DNA from: Massilicoli timonensis
GTDB taxonomy: Bacteria > Bacillota_I > Bacilli_A > Erysipelotrichales > Erysipelotrichaceae
Direction of reading: 5' to 3'
Assembly (NCBI RefSeq): GCF_900199515.1
Contig: NZ_LT963434.1
Coordinates: 54,057-86,056 of the forward strand
DNA length: 32,000 bases
This document shows, piece by piece, positions 17,155 to 25,454 of the stretch. The position numbers were made by a program, and so were the translations under genes. The notes below the pieces were generated by a model. It was given only the letters and a program-made list of their open reading frames with translations, was not told the origin of the DNA and did no database searches. Numbering within the stretch: position 1 is the first letter of the stretch; every line of letters starts with the position of its first letter.

Positions 17155-18327
17155 ATGAAACGCATACAAAAACAAATTGGTTTTTTCATGGCCTTTGTGC
17201 TGTTTTTCGAGTTATGGCTCTTTCCGGCCTCGCCAAAAGCCCAAGCGCAGACGACCCTCGCTTCCAGTGCACAGTCAGCTTATTTGATGGAATATGAAAG
17301 CGGTGCTGTCCTATTTGAAAAAAATGCGGATGAAAAGTTATATCCGGCTTCCATGACGAAGATGATGGGCCTGCTTTTGATCTATGAGGCATTAAATGAG
17401 GGCAGCTTAAAGTGGGATGATACGGTCAGTGCCAGCGCGCATGCGGCTTCGATGGGAGGCAGTCAGATCTTCTTAGAAGAAAATGAAACGATGACTGTGG
17501 AAGATCTGGTAAAAGCGATCTGTATCGGATCGGCCAATGATGCCATGGTAGCGATGGCAGAAAAGATCGGCGGCAGTCATGAACACTTTGTGGAAATGAT
17601 GAATGAGAAAGCACAGACGCTTGGTTTGACCAATACCCATTTTGTCAATGCGACCGGCCTTCATGATAAAGACCACTACTCCAGCGCCAAAGACATGGCG
17701 ATCATCGCACAGGCACTCATTGCGAAGGGAGGAGATGATCTGTTGAAGATCACCGGTACTTATGACGCATATATTCGCGAGGACGGCGATGATAAATTCT
17801 GGCTCGTCAATACCAACAAACTGTTAAAGCAATATCCCGGGGTAGACGGCTTGAAGACCGGTTTCACCCAAGAGGCGATGAGCTGCATCACCGCTACCGC
17901 TAAAAAAGAGCGTGTACGGCTGATCGCGGTCGTCATGAAAGAACCAAATTCCAAGCAGCGCAATCTGGAAGCAAAGCAGCTGCTGGATTATGGCTTTTCG
18001 CAGATGACCCAAGGTATTTTGATGAAGAAAGATACGGTTGCCGAAACGATTACTTTAGAGAACGGTAAACCGCAGATCGTGAAGTTGAAATTAAAGGAAG
18101 ATGCGATCGCCGTTTATCCGAAAGGGGAACAGCCGGCAGTCGTAAAAAAGGAAATCACTTTGACCAAGGAACTGCCCTATCAGAAAAAAGAAACCGTTGC
18201 CACATTGACCTTGACACTTGACAATCAAACAAAAGTCAAAGTACCTCTTTACAGTGATCGCAATGTTGAAAAACGCACCTTCTTTGATTTATGCAAGCAT
18301 ACGCTGCTGGCATTATTTTTTGCCTAG
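17155..18327 (+). CDS. dacF: D-alanyl-D-alanine carboxypeptidase (sporulation-type PBP5 homolog)
   Basis: A signal peptide is present, with SMTK (SxxK), SAND (SxN) and KTGFT (KTG) motifs. Its position directly upstream of spoIIAA-spoIIAB-sigF matches B. subtilis dacF. Confidence 0.85.
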   Translation: MKRIQKQIGFFMAFVLFFELWLFPASPKAQAQTTLASSAQSAYLMEYESGAVLFEKNADEKLYPASMTKMMGLLLIYEALNEGSLKWDDTVSASAHAASMGGSQIFLEENETMTVEDLVKAICIGSANDAMVAMAEKIGGSHEHFVEMMNEKAQTLGLTNTHFVNATGLHDKDHYSSAKDMAIIAQALIAKGGDDLLKITGTYDAYIREDGDDKFWLVNTNKLLKQYPGVDGLKTGFTQEAMSCITATAKKERVRLIAVVMKEPNSKQRNLEAKQLLDYGFSQMTQGILMKKDTVAETITLENGKPQIVKLKLKEDAIAVYPKGEQPAVVKKEITLTKELPYQKKETVATLTLTLDNQTKVKVPLYSDRNVEKRTFFDLCKHTLLALFFA

Positions 18328-18360
18328 CGCATGCTTTTTTTGTTGATGGATAAGAGGTTT

Positions 18361-18404
18361 TGTCGAGGATTCCCAAAAGGAAAATAAAACGTGCTAAGAT
18401 AGCG
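18361..18404 (+). promoter_or_regulatory. candidate Spo0A box plus sigmaH-like promoter of the spoIIA operon
   Basis: TGTCGAG at 18361-18367 matches the 0A box TGTCGAA at 6/7 positions. AAAGGAAAAT sits around 18376-18385 as a -35-like element, and AAGATAG around 18397-18403 is a weak -10 (GAAT expected). Confidence 0.3.
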
Positions 18405-18419
18405 GACAGGAGGGATCAT

Positions 18420-18737
18420 GTGGACTATCAATTACAGGATCAGACCCTCATTTTTCACTTTGAGGGAGACTTTGACAATGTGGCGGTTGGCAAAGTAAAA
18501 GAAACGTGCGCGGCGCTGATCGAAACGCATCGCCCTAAGCTCGTCAAGCTGGACTTTCAAAAGGTCGATTTTGTGGACAGCACCGGTATCGGTTTCGTTT
18601 TGGCGCGCTACAAGCAAATAAAAAAATATGACGGAGAACTCGTATTATGTAATTTATCAAGCAGCCAGAAAAGGCTGTTTCATATGTCGGGCATCTTTCG
18701 CATCATCAGATTAGAACAAAGCGAGGTGTTGATATGA
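18420..18737 (+). CDS. spoIIAA: anti-sigma-F factor antagonist (STAS domain)
   Basis: DFQKVDFVDSTGIGFVLARYKQIKKYDGELVLCNLSSSQKRLFHMSGIFRIIRLEQSE closely parallels B. subtilis SpoIIAA, including the phosphorylatable Ser in DST/DSSG. GTG 18420 lies 7 nt after AGGAGG; the track start at 18360 adds an implausible basic extension. Confidence 0.9.
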   Translation: MDYQLQDQTLIFHFEGDFDNVAVGKVKETCAALIETHRPKLVKLDFQKVDFVDSTGIGFVLARYKQIKKYDGELVLCNLSSSQKRLFHMSGIFRIIRLEQSEVLI

Positions 18738-19171
18738 ACCGGATGAAGCTGTCTTTTTGCTCTCATTTGGAAAATGAAGCGTTTGCCCGTACGAGCGTGA
18801 TTGCCTTTCTGATGCCGCTTTCGATGAGCGTAGAAGAAGTGATGGAGATCAAAACGATCATGGCAGAAGCAATCGTCAATGCGATGATCCACGGCTACGA
18901 GGGAAGAGAGGACGGAGAAGTCATCGTCAGCGTTTCCTACGATGAACAAAAGATCGTTACGATCATTGTCGAGGATCAGGGATGCGGTATCCCTGACATT
19001 GATCTGGCAATGCAGCCGCTTTATACTTCAAAAGCCCATTTGGAGCGCAGCGGGATGGGAATGAGCATCATGAGCGCGTTTGCCGATGAATTCTATGTGA
19101 ATTCTAAGGTGGACTGCGGTACGACGGTAACGATCATCAAACAGATCCATGGCATCGAAGATCAGCAATGA
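18734..19171 (+). CDS. spoIIAB: anti-sigma-F factor / serine protein kinase
   Basis: The HATPase N-box is EAIVNAMIHGY, the G-boxes are DQGCGI and GMGMSIM. The gene overlaps spoIIAA by ATGA-type coupling. Confidence 0.92.
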   Translation: MNRMKLSFCSHLENEAFARTSVIAFLMPLSMSVEEVMEIKTIMAEAIVNAMIHGYEGREDGEVIVSVSYDEQKIVTIIVEDQGCGIPDIDLAMQPLYTSKAHLERSGMGMSIMSAFADEFYVNSKVDCGTTVTIIKQIHGIEDQQ

Positions 19172-19871
19172 CGAGCTGCTTGCACGCATCAAAACGGGTG
19201 ATGAAAGCGCCTTGGTACAGTTTGTGGAACAAAATAAGCCGTTGGTCGTTTCCATTGTCAAACGCTTTTCCCGCAGCGGTATTGATGAGGATCTGCTTTC
19301 GATCGGCATGGTCGGTCTGATGAAAGCGATCCATCATTTTAATGCGGACTATCAGGTACGTTTTTCTACATATGCGGTGCCGATCATCATGGGCGAGATC
19401 AAACGCTTTTTTCGCGATGACGGCAATATGCGCATTTCACGCAGCTTAAAAGAAGGCTATGTGGCAATGACAAAGGTCAAGGAAGAGCTGATTCAGCAGC
19501 ATGGAAGGGCAGTCAGCTATCAGGAGATTGCCGATGCGATGCATTTAGAGGTAGGAGATGTGATCTTAGCGTTTGAAGCGAATCAGTTTGTGTATTCATT
19601 GGATGAACCGGTCTATGAAAAAGACGGCAGCACGATTCATCTTTCTGATCGTGTGAGCAGTGCAGAACGCGATGTCGCACTGCATGTCGCTTTATGTGAT
19701 GAAATCAAACGGTTAAGTGAAAAAGAACAGCAGCTGCTGTATTATCGCTATACATTGTCGATGAAGCAGGAAGATACGGCAAAACGCTTACAGATCTCGC
19801 AGGTGCAAGTATCAAGACTGGAAAAGAAGATCATCGAAAAGCTGCGCATGGCATTATTAGAGCAGGCATAA
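19149..19871 (+). CDS. sigF: RNA polymerase sporulation sigma factor F
   Basis: Sigma70 region 2 reads LVVSIVKRFSRSGIDEDLLSIGMVGLMKAIHHFNADYQVRFSTYAVPIIMGEIKRFFRD. Region 4 contains the HTH QEDTAKRLQISQVQVSRLEKK. It is third in the spoIIA operon. Confidence 0.92.
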   Translation: MASKISNDELLARIKTGDESALVQFVEQNKPLVVSIVKRFSRSGIDEDLLSIGMVGLMKAIHHFNADYQVRFSTYAVPIIMGEIKRFFRDDGNMRISRSLKEGYVAMTKVKEELIQQHGRAVSYQEIADAMHLEVGDVILAFEANQFVYSLDEPVYEKDGSTIHLSDRVSSAERDVALHVALCDEIKRLSEKEQQLLYYRYTLSMKQEDTAKRLQISQVQVSRLEKKIIEKLRMALLEQA

Positions 19872-19873
19872 AG

Positions 19874-19903
19874 ATACCCGAAGAAAGCATCGGGTATTTT
19901 TTC
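19874..19903 (+). terminator. intrinsic terminator after sigF
   Basis: ATACCCG (19874-19880) pairs with CGGGTAT (19891-19897), followed by T6. Confidence 0.8.
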
Positions 19904-19982
19904 GTGAACAGGGATATAGCAAAGCGCTTTCAAGGACGAACAGCAGATTTGTCAAAATATGTAAAATATCGGTTTCGCACTA

Positions 19983-20015
19983 TTGACAAAAACGCTGGGG
20001 GGGGGGGGGTACAAT
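19983..20015 (+). promoter_or_regulatory. sigmaA-type promoter whose spacer contains a G13 tract
   Basis: TTGACA at 19983-19988 and TACAAT at 20010-20015 are separated by 21 nt, 13 of which are G. Confidence 0.5.
19997..20009 (+). repeat. homopolymeric G13 tract
   Basis: Counted directly (4 G + 9 G across the 20000 boundary). Confidence 0.98.
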
Positions 20016-20089
20016 ATTTACAGTATAAAGCTATCTGATTGTCTTATAAACAAAGAGAATCGGGGCTTCACATACGAGGAGGAAGATAT

Positions 20090-21808
20090 ATGAAACGAAA
20101 AAATGTAGTATTTACTACACTGACGTCGTTTGCACTTGCGGCTGCTATGTTTTCCAGCACAGTACCGGTTCATGCAGACGGCGCATTGAGCCAAACTGCT
20201 TTTATGGAACAACTGAAACAAAGCAATTATCAGTTTGATGAAGCAGTGGTGGTGGAAGTAACCAGTATGCTGGAGCTTAATCAAAAAGCCAGCATCAGCA
20301 ATGTTACCTTTGTTGATAAGGGGATCCAAAATGCACATGTCGTGTGGATCAACGGCGAGGTAACCTTGAACAATGTAACCATTCAGGCAGAGGAAACAAG
20401 CAAAAGTGGGTTATATGTCGGAGCAGGTGCAGATCTGAGCGTAAATGATCTGACGATCTCACATAACAGTGCAAAAGGCGCGCCGATCATTGCCAATCGA
20501 AATGCCAAAGCGGACTTTAACGGCAAACTGGATCTGACACTTAGTGAAGGATCATGGTATGGAATCAATGTGGATAGCGGGGCAAAAGTTGATTTAAGCG
20601 ATGCAGATCTTGTTGTCAAGACACATGACAATAACAAAACACAGTCAGCTCTCTGTATTGATGACAGCGATGCGAATACGGTGGTCATGCCGAAAGACAG
20701 CACCCTTTCCACAGTAGCGACGGAAGATGGTCAGCTGGCATATGTGAATGCGGATGATCTCGGCGATTTCATCATGGCAAAAAAAGACAAAGATGTAACC
20801 GAAGTGGTATTAAATTCTGATATTACTTTGACATCGCCGCTGTATTTGCAGGAAGGCATGACGATCAAAGGAAATGGTCATGCATTCAAAGGCAGCGAAG
20901 CCCTTGGCAAGGAAAATGTGGTTACAGCCATGGCAAAAGATGAAGTAGTTGTTTTAGATGATGTGCAAATCGTAACAACAGAATTTAACAAGAGCGGTCT
21001 GCATGTTTACGGCGGAAACGTAACGGCAAATGATCTTGTGATCGACAATACGAAAACAGCAGGCGGCGCCGCAGTGGTATTAAACGGCGGTACGCTGGAA
21101 ACAAGCAACGCGACCTTCCTGTTAGGAGACAATTCATGGGGCGCAGTCAATGTGGATAACCGCAGCGGTGTAGAGCCGAAGTTAACGATTGCCGATTCAG
21201 TGAAAGTAGAAGCACCGGAAGGAAAATCAACCAGTCTGTTCTATGTAGATGAAGATAAGGCTGATGCGATCGATCTGAATGATACGGTGGATATCAAAGC
21301 TGATACGACGATGACGGTAAACGGCGATACATTCACGCTGGGTGAAGACGGTGAGATCATTCCTCATATCATGATTACGATTGCCGCTGTCGTAGATGGC
21401 AAAGTAGTAGACCTGAGTGATGTCGTGGATCCAAGCGAGCTGTCCGTAGAAGCGTTAAAAGGCTATGTATTCAGCGAAGCGGATCTGGAAGAACTGTCAG
21501 CGATCGCGAAAGATCTTGATTTTGAAGGCCATGTATTCCAAGGATTCTTCTTAGATCAGGAAGGAACCAAAGCATTAAAGGCAAATGAAGCGATCAATGA
21601 AGATACGACCATTTACATGATTTGGAACAAAAAAGCGACGATTACACCGGTCGATCCGACAACACCGCAGGATAAGCCACAGACACCGAATACAACACCG
21701 TCTGCACCGAATACCGGTGATACGACGACTGCAGGTGCCTATGCGTTATTGGCACTGTTGAGCTTAGGATTAGCAGGCACGATCGCTTTGAAGAAAAAAC
21801 TGAACTGA
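20090..21808 (+). CDS. secreted parallel-beta-helix-like surface protein with Flg_new-type repeat and C-terminal sorting signal
   Basis: The start is moved to ATG 20090 (MKRKNVVFTTLTSFALAAAMFSSTVPVHADG) after GAGGAGG. Periodic V.LNNVTI / LSVNDLTI / VTANDLVI segments are present. FEGHVFQGFFLDQEGTKALKANEAINEDTTIYMIW resembles the Listeria-Bacteroides repeat. The C-terminus is a Pro/Thr stalk followed by APNTGD + TM + KKKLN. Confidence 0.8.
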   Translation: MKRKNVVFTTLTSFALAAAMFSSTVPVHADGALSQTAFMEQLKQSNYQFDEAVVVEVTSMLELNQKASISNVTFVDKGIQNAHVVWINGEVTLNNVTIQAEETSKSGLYVGAGADLSVNDLTISHNSAKGAPIIANRNAKADFNGKLDLTLSEGSWYGINVDSGAKVDLSDADLVVKTHDNNKTQSALCIDDSDANTVVMPKDSTLSTVATEDGQLAYVNADDLGDFIMAKKDKDVTEVVLNSDITLTSPLYLQEGMTIKGNGHAFKGSEALGKENVVTAMAKDEVVVLDDVQIVTTEFNKSGLHVYGGNVTANDLVIDNTKTAGGAAVVLNGGTLETSNATFLLGDNSWGAVNVDNRSGVEPKLTIADSVKVEAPEGKSTSLFYVDEDKADAIDLNDTVDIKADTTMTVNGDTFTLGEDGEIIPHIMITIAAVVDGKVVDLSDVVDPSELSVEALKGYVFSEADLEELSAIAKDLDFEGHVFQGFFLDQEGTKALKANEAINEDTTIYMIWNKKATITPVDPTTPQDKPQTPNTTPSAPNTGDTTTAGAYALLALLSLGLAGTIALKKKLN

Positions 21809-21833
21809 TTTTCTTCACTAACAGATACATAGG

Positions 21834-21860
21834 AAGCAGGGAAATCCCTGCTTTTCTTTT
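21834..21860 (+). terminator. intrinsic terminator
   Basis: AAGCAGGG (21834-21841) pairs with CCCTGCTT (21846-21853), followed by TTCTTTT. Confidence 0.8.
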
Positions 21861-21887
21861 GCTTTTTACAATGGTATTTGGTATAAT
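21859..21887 (+). promoter_or_regulatory. extended -10 promoter candidate
   Basis: TGgTATAAT at 21879-21887 with a weak -35 TTGCTT at 21859-21864 (17-nt spacer). Confidence 0.45.
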
Positions 21888-21931
21888 GGGAACGCATTTG
21901 TGGATGTTAGTTTCAAGAGAGGAAGAAGCAG

Positions 21932-22996
21932 ATGGACGCAAGATCACGCATGGTACAGTTTTGGCGCTGGTTTCAGGGAATAGAAGGCGCTTTCTATACT
22001 GCTTTACAAAAGCAGCAAAGCGAAGAAAGAAATCGCTATGAAGAAATGATCAATCAAAAGATGGAGCAGTTATGCGGCTGTAAAGCGGTATATGAGGTCG
22101 ATGATCACTACATGGAAATGACCTGTGAGAGCGGTGCCCGTAAGAATATCCAGTATTTATGCGGCTTATGGGAAACCTGTGCACCGCAGGAACTGCGTTC
22201 TCGCTGGATCTTCAACGCATTTCGCAAGCCGCTTGGAGAAATGGCGCAGCATGCGTATTTTGAACTAAAGGGAAAACGCTATGGCGGTCACGATATCAAG
22301 GTGTATTATACGATCGACGATGCCGCGAAGCTTTTGCATCTGCAGCTTTACTGTGAAGGCTTTTGTTATGTAGAGAAAAAAGCGGCGAAGGAAATGGCCA
22401 TGTATTTGTTGGAGCTTTATATCGGTGAGCTGGAACTGGAAGCACGCATCGGTGATGTTTCGATCTTGGATGCACCGACCGATGCACAAGATGTGGTGCT
22501 ATTGCCAAATCTCTATGAGGATATTTGTGATATCGTAATCGATCGCAACTGGCTGGAATACCGCGATCCAACCCAGATCTATTTTGCTTATCAGTTGGAT
22601 CAGCCTGTGCAAAATGAAAGTCTGCGCAAAGATATGGTGGCGATCGTAACCAGTCATCCGCTGCTGTTTGAGGAACTGGTAAATCAGACTTACGACCAGC
22701 TGCATGAATTTAGCACTTTTGGGGCAGAATATGGGTATCTGTATTATGAACCGCTTGCGGAAAAGGGAAAGGAAAGCATGATCCGAGCCCAGTATGAAAA
22801 ACAAATTCACGAGCTGTTATCCCCTTTGGGAATCGCCAGAACGATCGGCGGCGCGATCGGCACCAAATATGCGTATATCGACATGGCGATATTTGATAAA
22901 AAAGCCTTTTATCAGGCACTGGAGAAAATCAATGAAAAAGTCGATGTGATGTTCACCTATCGAGCGTTTATGGGTGAAGAGGAAGGAAAGGAGTAA
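21932..22996 (+). CDS. hypothetical cytoplasmic protein (354 aa), no family recognised
   Basis: A long ORF with coding-like composition, a GAGAGGAAG Shine-Dalgarno and its own promoter. It has no signal peptide and no motif I can name. Confidence 0.6.
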   Translation: MDARSRMVQFWRWFQGIEGAFYTALQKQQSEERNRYEEMINQKMEQLCGCKAVYEVDDHYMEMTCESGARKNIQYLCGLWETCAPQELRSRWIFNAFRKPLGEMAQHAYFELKGKRYGGHDIKVYYTIDDAAKLLHLQLYCEGFCYVEKKAAKEMAMYLLELYIGELELEARIGDVSILDAPTDAQDVVLLPNLYEDICDIVIDRNWLEYRDPTQIYFAYQLDQPVQNESLRKDMVAIVTSHPLLFEELVNQTYDQLHEFSTFGAEYGYLYYEPLAEKGKESMIRAQYEKQIHELLSPLGIARTIGGAIGTKYAYIDMAIFDKKAFYQALEKINEKVDVMFTYRAFMGEEEGKE

Positions 22997-23000
22997 TCAG

Positions 23001-23423
23001 ATGAAAAAACTATTGGCAGTTGTAAGCGTATTGCTGTGCATGGGCTGCACCAGCAGCAAGGATATCGTAACCGGAACAGCTCAGAGCGAACCGGATGAGG
23101 AGGGGAACTATACGGTCGTTACCGTGGAATATTCCAAAAGCAAGGATAAAGTAGTAGATGTAAACATTGATGAGTACAAGAACGGCGTTTCTAAAAAATC
23201 AATGGGCGATGATTATGGCTTAAAAGCGGTATCGGGAGTCGGCCGTGAATGGGATGAACAGATCCATTACTTGGAAACCTTTATCAAGGATTACAGCATT
23301 GCCGATCTGCAAATGAATGAATACGGCGTGTTGGAGAATCCTGATGTCATAAGCGGATGCAGCATCTATGTGGGACATATGATCCCGCTCGTAGAAGCAG
23401 CCATCGCCGATGCAAAGGGATAG
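23001..23423 (+). CDS. lipoprotein with FMN-binding-domain-like architecture
   Basis: MKKLLAVVSVLLCMGCTSS carries a lipobox. The layout Y.VVTVEY...DKVVDVNIDE......(D)VISGCSIYV......EAAIADA resembles FMN_bind domains, which read D.vSGAT.T; here the equivalent is SGCS. ATG 23001 lies 7 nt after AAAGGAG. Confidence 0.6.
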   Translation: MKKLLAVVSVLLCMGCTSSKDIVTGTAQSEPDEEGNYTVVTVEYSKSKDKVVDVNIDEYKNGVSKKSMGDDYGLKAVSGVGREWDEQIHYLETFIKDYSIADLQMNEYGVLENPDVISGCSIYVGHMIPLVEAAIADAKG

Positions 23424-23572
23424 AACATCAAGATCGTTTAAGAAAGTCTTGCACCTGTTGTAGAACAGAGGTAAGGCTTTTTGTTATGGAACAGTGGTTT
23501 GTTGAGATATGAGGGAAGAACAATACTGTGGGATATGTAAATGATTGGAAAGAATGACATTTTTGATAAAAG

Positions 23573-23601
23573 TAGATAAATATGAGAAAATATGATATAG
23601 T
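23573..23601 (+). promoter_or_regulatory. promoter candidate for the LRR surface-protein gene
   Basis: TAGATA at 23573-23578, a 17-nt spacer, then TATAGT at 23596-23601 with TG at 23593-23594. Confidence 0.4.
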
Positions 23602-23655
23602 GTAAGCAAGCAAAGATAGCGTCTGTAAAAAAAACAGACGAAAGGAGGAAAATAG

Positions 23656-25439
23656 ATGAAAAAGAAAGTATCGTTGCTTTTGGCAAGTCTATGCCTGATG
23701 TTGGGCATGGCAGTAAAACCGAACATGATTTTTGCCCAGGGGGGGGGGGTACTGTAAATCAGTACTCTGAAACTGAGGCAGGTGGCCTAACGCTAAGTGA
23801 TTGGGATTATACAGAAACAAGTGATAAGATCACATTAACGAAGTACAAAGGGAATGCCGTAAATGTTGTCATTCCATCAGAGTTTGAAGAAAGACCAGGT
23901 GTATCAGTAGAGGTTGCAACTTTTGATGGAATGTTTGATAATCTTAAAAAAGAGAATTCATCAGGAAATCCAAAATACTATAATGAATTAGTATCCTTGA
24001 AAGTAGGAACAACGGATCAGAAAGTAACACTGGGGATAGATTCGATTAACAGTGTATTTTATGAAGCAAATTACTGGTTTACTGAGTTAGAAACAGTAGA
24101 TTTGAGTGGACTAGATACGAGTAATGTTACTAATATGTGTGGGATGTTTTTAGGATGTGAAAACCTAAAAAACATCAAGGGATTAGAGACATTAGATACA
24201 AGCAAGGTAACAAATATGAGTGGGATGTTTTTCAGGTGCAAATCTTTAGAACATATAGATGTTAGTAATTTTGATACAAAAAATGTAACAACTATGAGTA
24301 ACATGTTTCAAGACTGTACCAGTTTAGAAAGTTTGGATCTTAGTAATTTCAATACTTATAAACTTGAATATATGTTTATAATGTTTGGTGGCTGCACAAA
24401 TTTGAAAAGCATTAAATTTTCAGATACATTTGATACTAGTAATATTGTTGATATGGGATCTGTGTTTCAAGGGTGTAATCATTTAGAAAGACTAGATCTT
24501 AGTAATTTTGATACAAGCAAAGTAACAACAATGAATTGGATGTTTTTCGGTTGCAGTAGTTTAGAGACGTTGGATTTAAGCAACTTCAATACAGAAAAAG
24601 TTGCAGATATGAGTTATATGTTTGCTGGTTGTACCAATCTGAATCATGTAAAAGGATTAGAAACTCTTGATACAAGTTCTTGCAAAAGGTTTTCGGGCAT
24701 GTTTCAGAATTGTGGGAAATTCAATATTATTGATTTAAGTAATTGGAATTCTAATGAAAACTGTTATATCAATGGTATGTTTTATTACAATGAATCAGAA
24801 ATTGAACTTATACCGTTAGATGACCCGATTCCATTAATGATCATAACAGAAGATAAAAGAATTATTGATAATATTGATCCAGAGGATAAGTGGATGACTT
24901 ATTATAATAGAACCCCATACTATGCAAAAGTTGTATATCATGGAAATGACGGTACTTTTAATAATGGGAATACAGAAAGTGAAGCGATCGTATATCAAGC
25001 AGATCATTTCATCTACTCCACAATGGCAGAAGCAAAACAAGATTTTACCTTAACCGGTACAACCATATTAACCAATAACCCATCTGCTAGCCTAAGCAAA
25101 GAGGGATTCATATTCAATGGCTGGTATTTAGATGAAGCGTGTACGATGCCATTAGCGGAAACCGATCTGATCGATTTTATGACATTAGAAAATGGTACGT
25201 TACAGTTATATGCAGGATATAAAGAAGAAACACCGAAAGAGCCGGAAATCCCAGAGAAAAAACCGACAAAACCGGAAGAGAATAAGGGAGAAAGCAGTAT
25301 AGAGGAGATCAAGAAAGAGGAGAATGAAACAGTACATACAGGAGATGAAGTAAGCAAGGGAATGTACTATGTACTGCTAGGGGGAAGTGTGATCGTATTC
25401 GCTGCAATGTTACGCAAGAACAGAAGCAGCGAACAGTAG
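23656..25439 (+). CDS. DUF285/BspA-like leucine-rich-repeat surface protein, frameshifted (phase-OFF) at a G11 tract
   Basis: AAAGGAGG is followed by ATG 23656, which encodes the signal peptide MKKKVSLLLASLCLMLGMAVKPNMIFAQ and then GGG. That frame stops at 23755-23757. The 582-aa body (track ORF 23691-25439) lies in the frame reached by adding 1 G. The body has about 9 repeats of the LD(L)SNFDTS.VT.M..MF.GC..L type, then a Flg_new-like GFIFNGWYLDEACT...LQLYAGY segment, then TVHTGD + TM + RKNRSSEQ. Confidence 0.8.
23739..23749 (+). repeat. homopolymeric G11 tract inside the 5' coding region
   Basis: Counted directly (2 G + 9 G). Confidence 0.98.
24081..24792 (+). repeat. coding tandem array of about 25-aa DUF285-type LRR units
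   Basis: The periodicity is visible in translation: ...LDTSNVTNMCGMFLGCENLKNI / LDTSKVTNMSGMFFRCKSLEHI / FDTKNVTTMSNMFQDCTSLESL ... Confidence 0.7.
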
Positions 25440-25454
25440 TAAAACAATGCAAAT

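Noticed and set aside
19948-19990. TTTGTCAA / TTGACAAA 8-bp inverted repeat flanking the -35 region, considered as an invertible-promoter (inverton) signature.
   Set aside because: The arms are only 8 bp, far shorter than known inverton repeats, and AT-rich enough to occur by chance. There is no nearby recombinase. The G13 tract gives a simpler switching mechanism.
20039-20089. N-terminal extensions in track ORFs, including 20039, 28169, 18360, 2696, 5578, 22974, 27382, 26844 and 638.
   Set aside because: Internal starts with proper Shine-Dalgarno spacing give canonical N-termini such as signal peptides or family-typical starts. The extensions overlap upstream genes or terminators.
23620-23640. 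CGTCTGT-A7-ACAGACG hairpin just upstream of the LRR gene Shine-Dalgarno, considered as a terminator or riboswitch.
   Set aside because: No U-tract follows on the + strand, it does not sequester the Shine-Dalgarno, and there is no minus-strand gene for it to terminate. It is most likely a simple 5'-UTR stem-loop.
24081-24792. Periodic ~75-nt repeats that might be a CRISPR array, satellite or mobile element.
   Set aside because: They are in frame and encode diverged DUF285-type LRR units of one protein. The nucleotide copies are not identical and there are no spacers.
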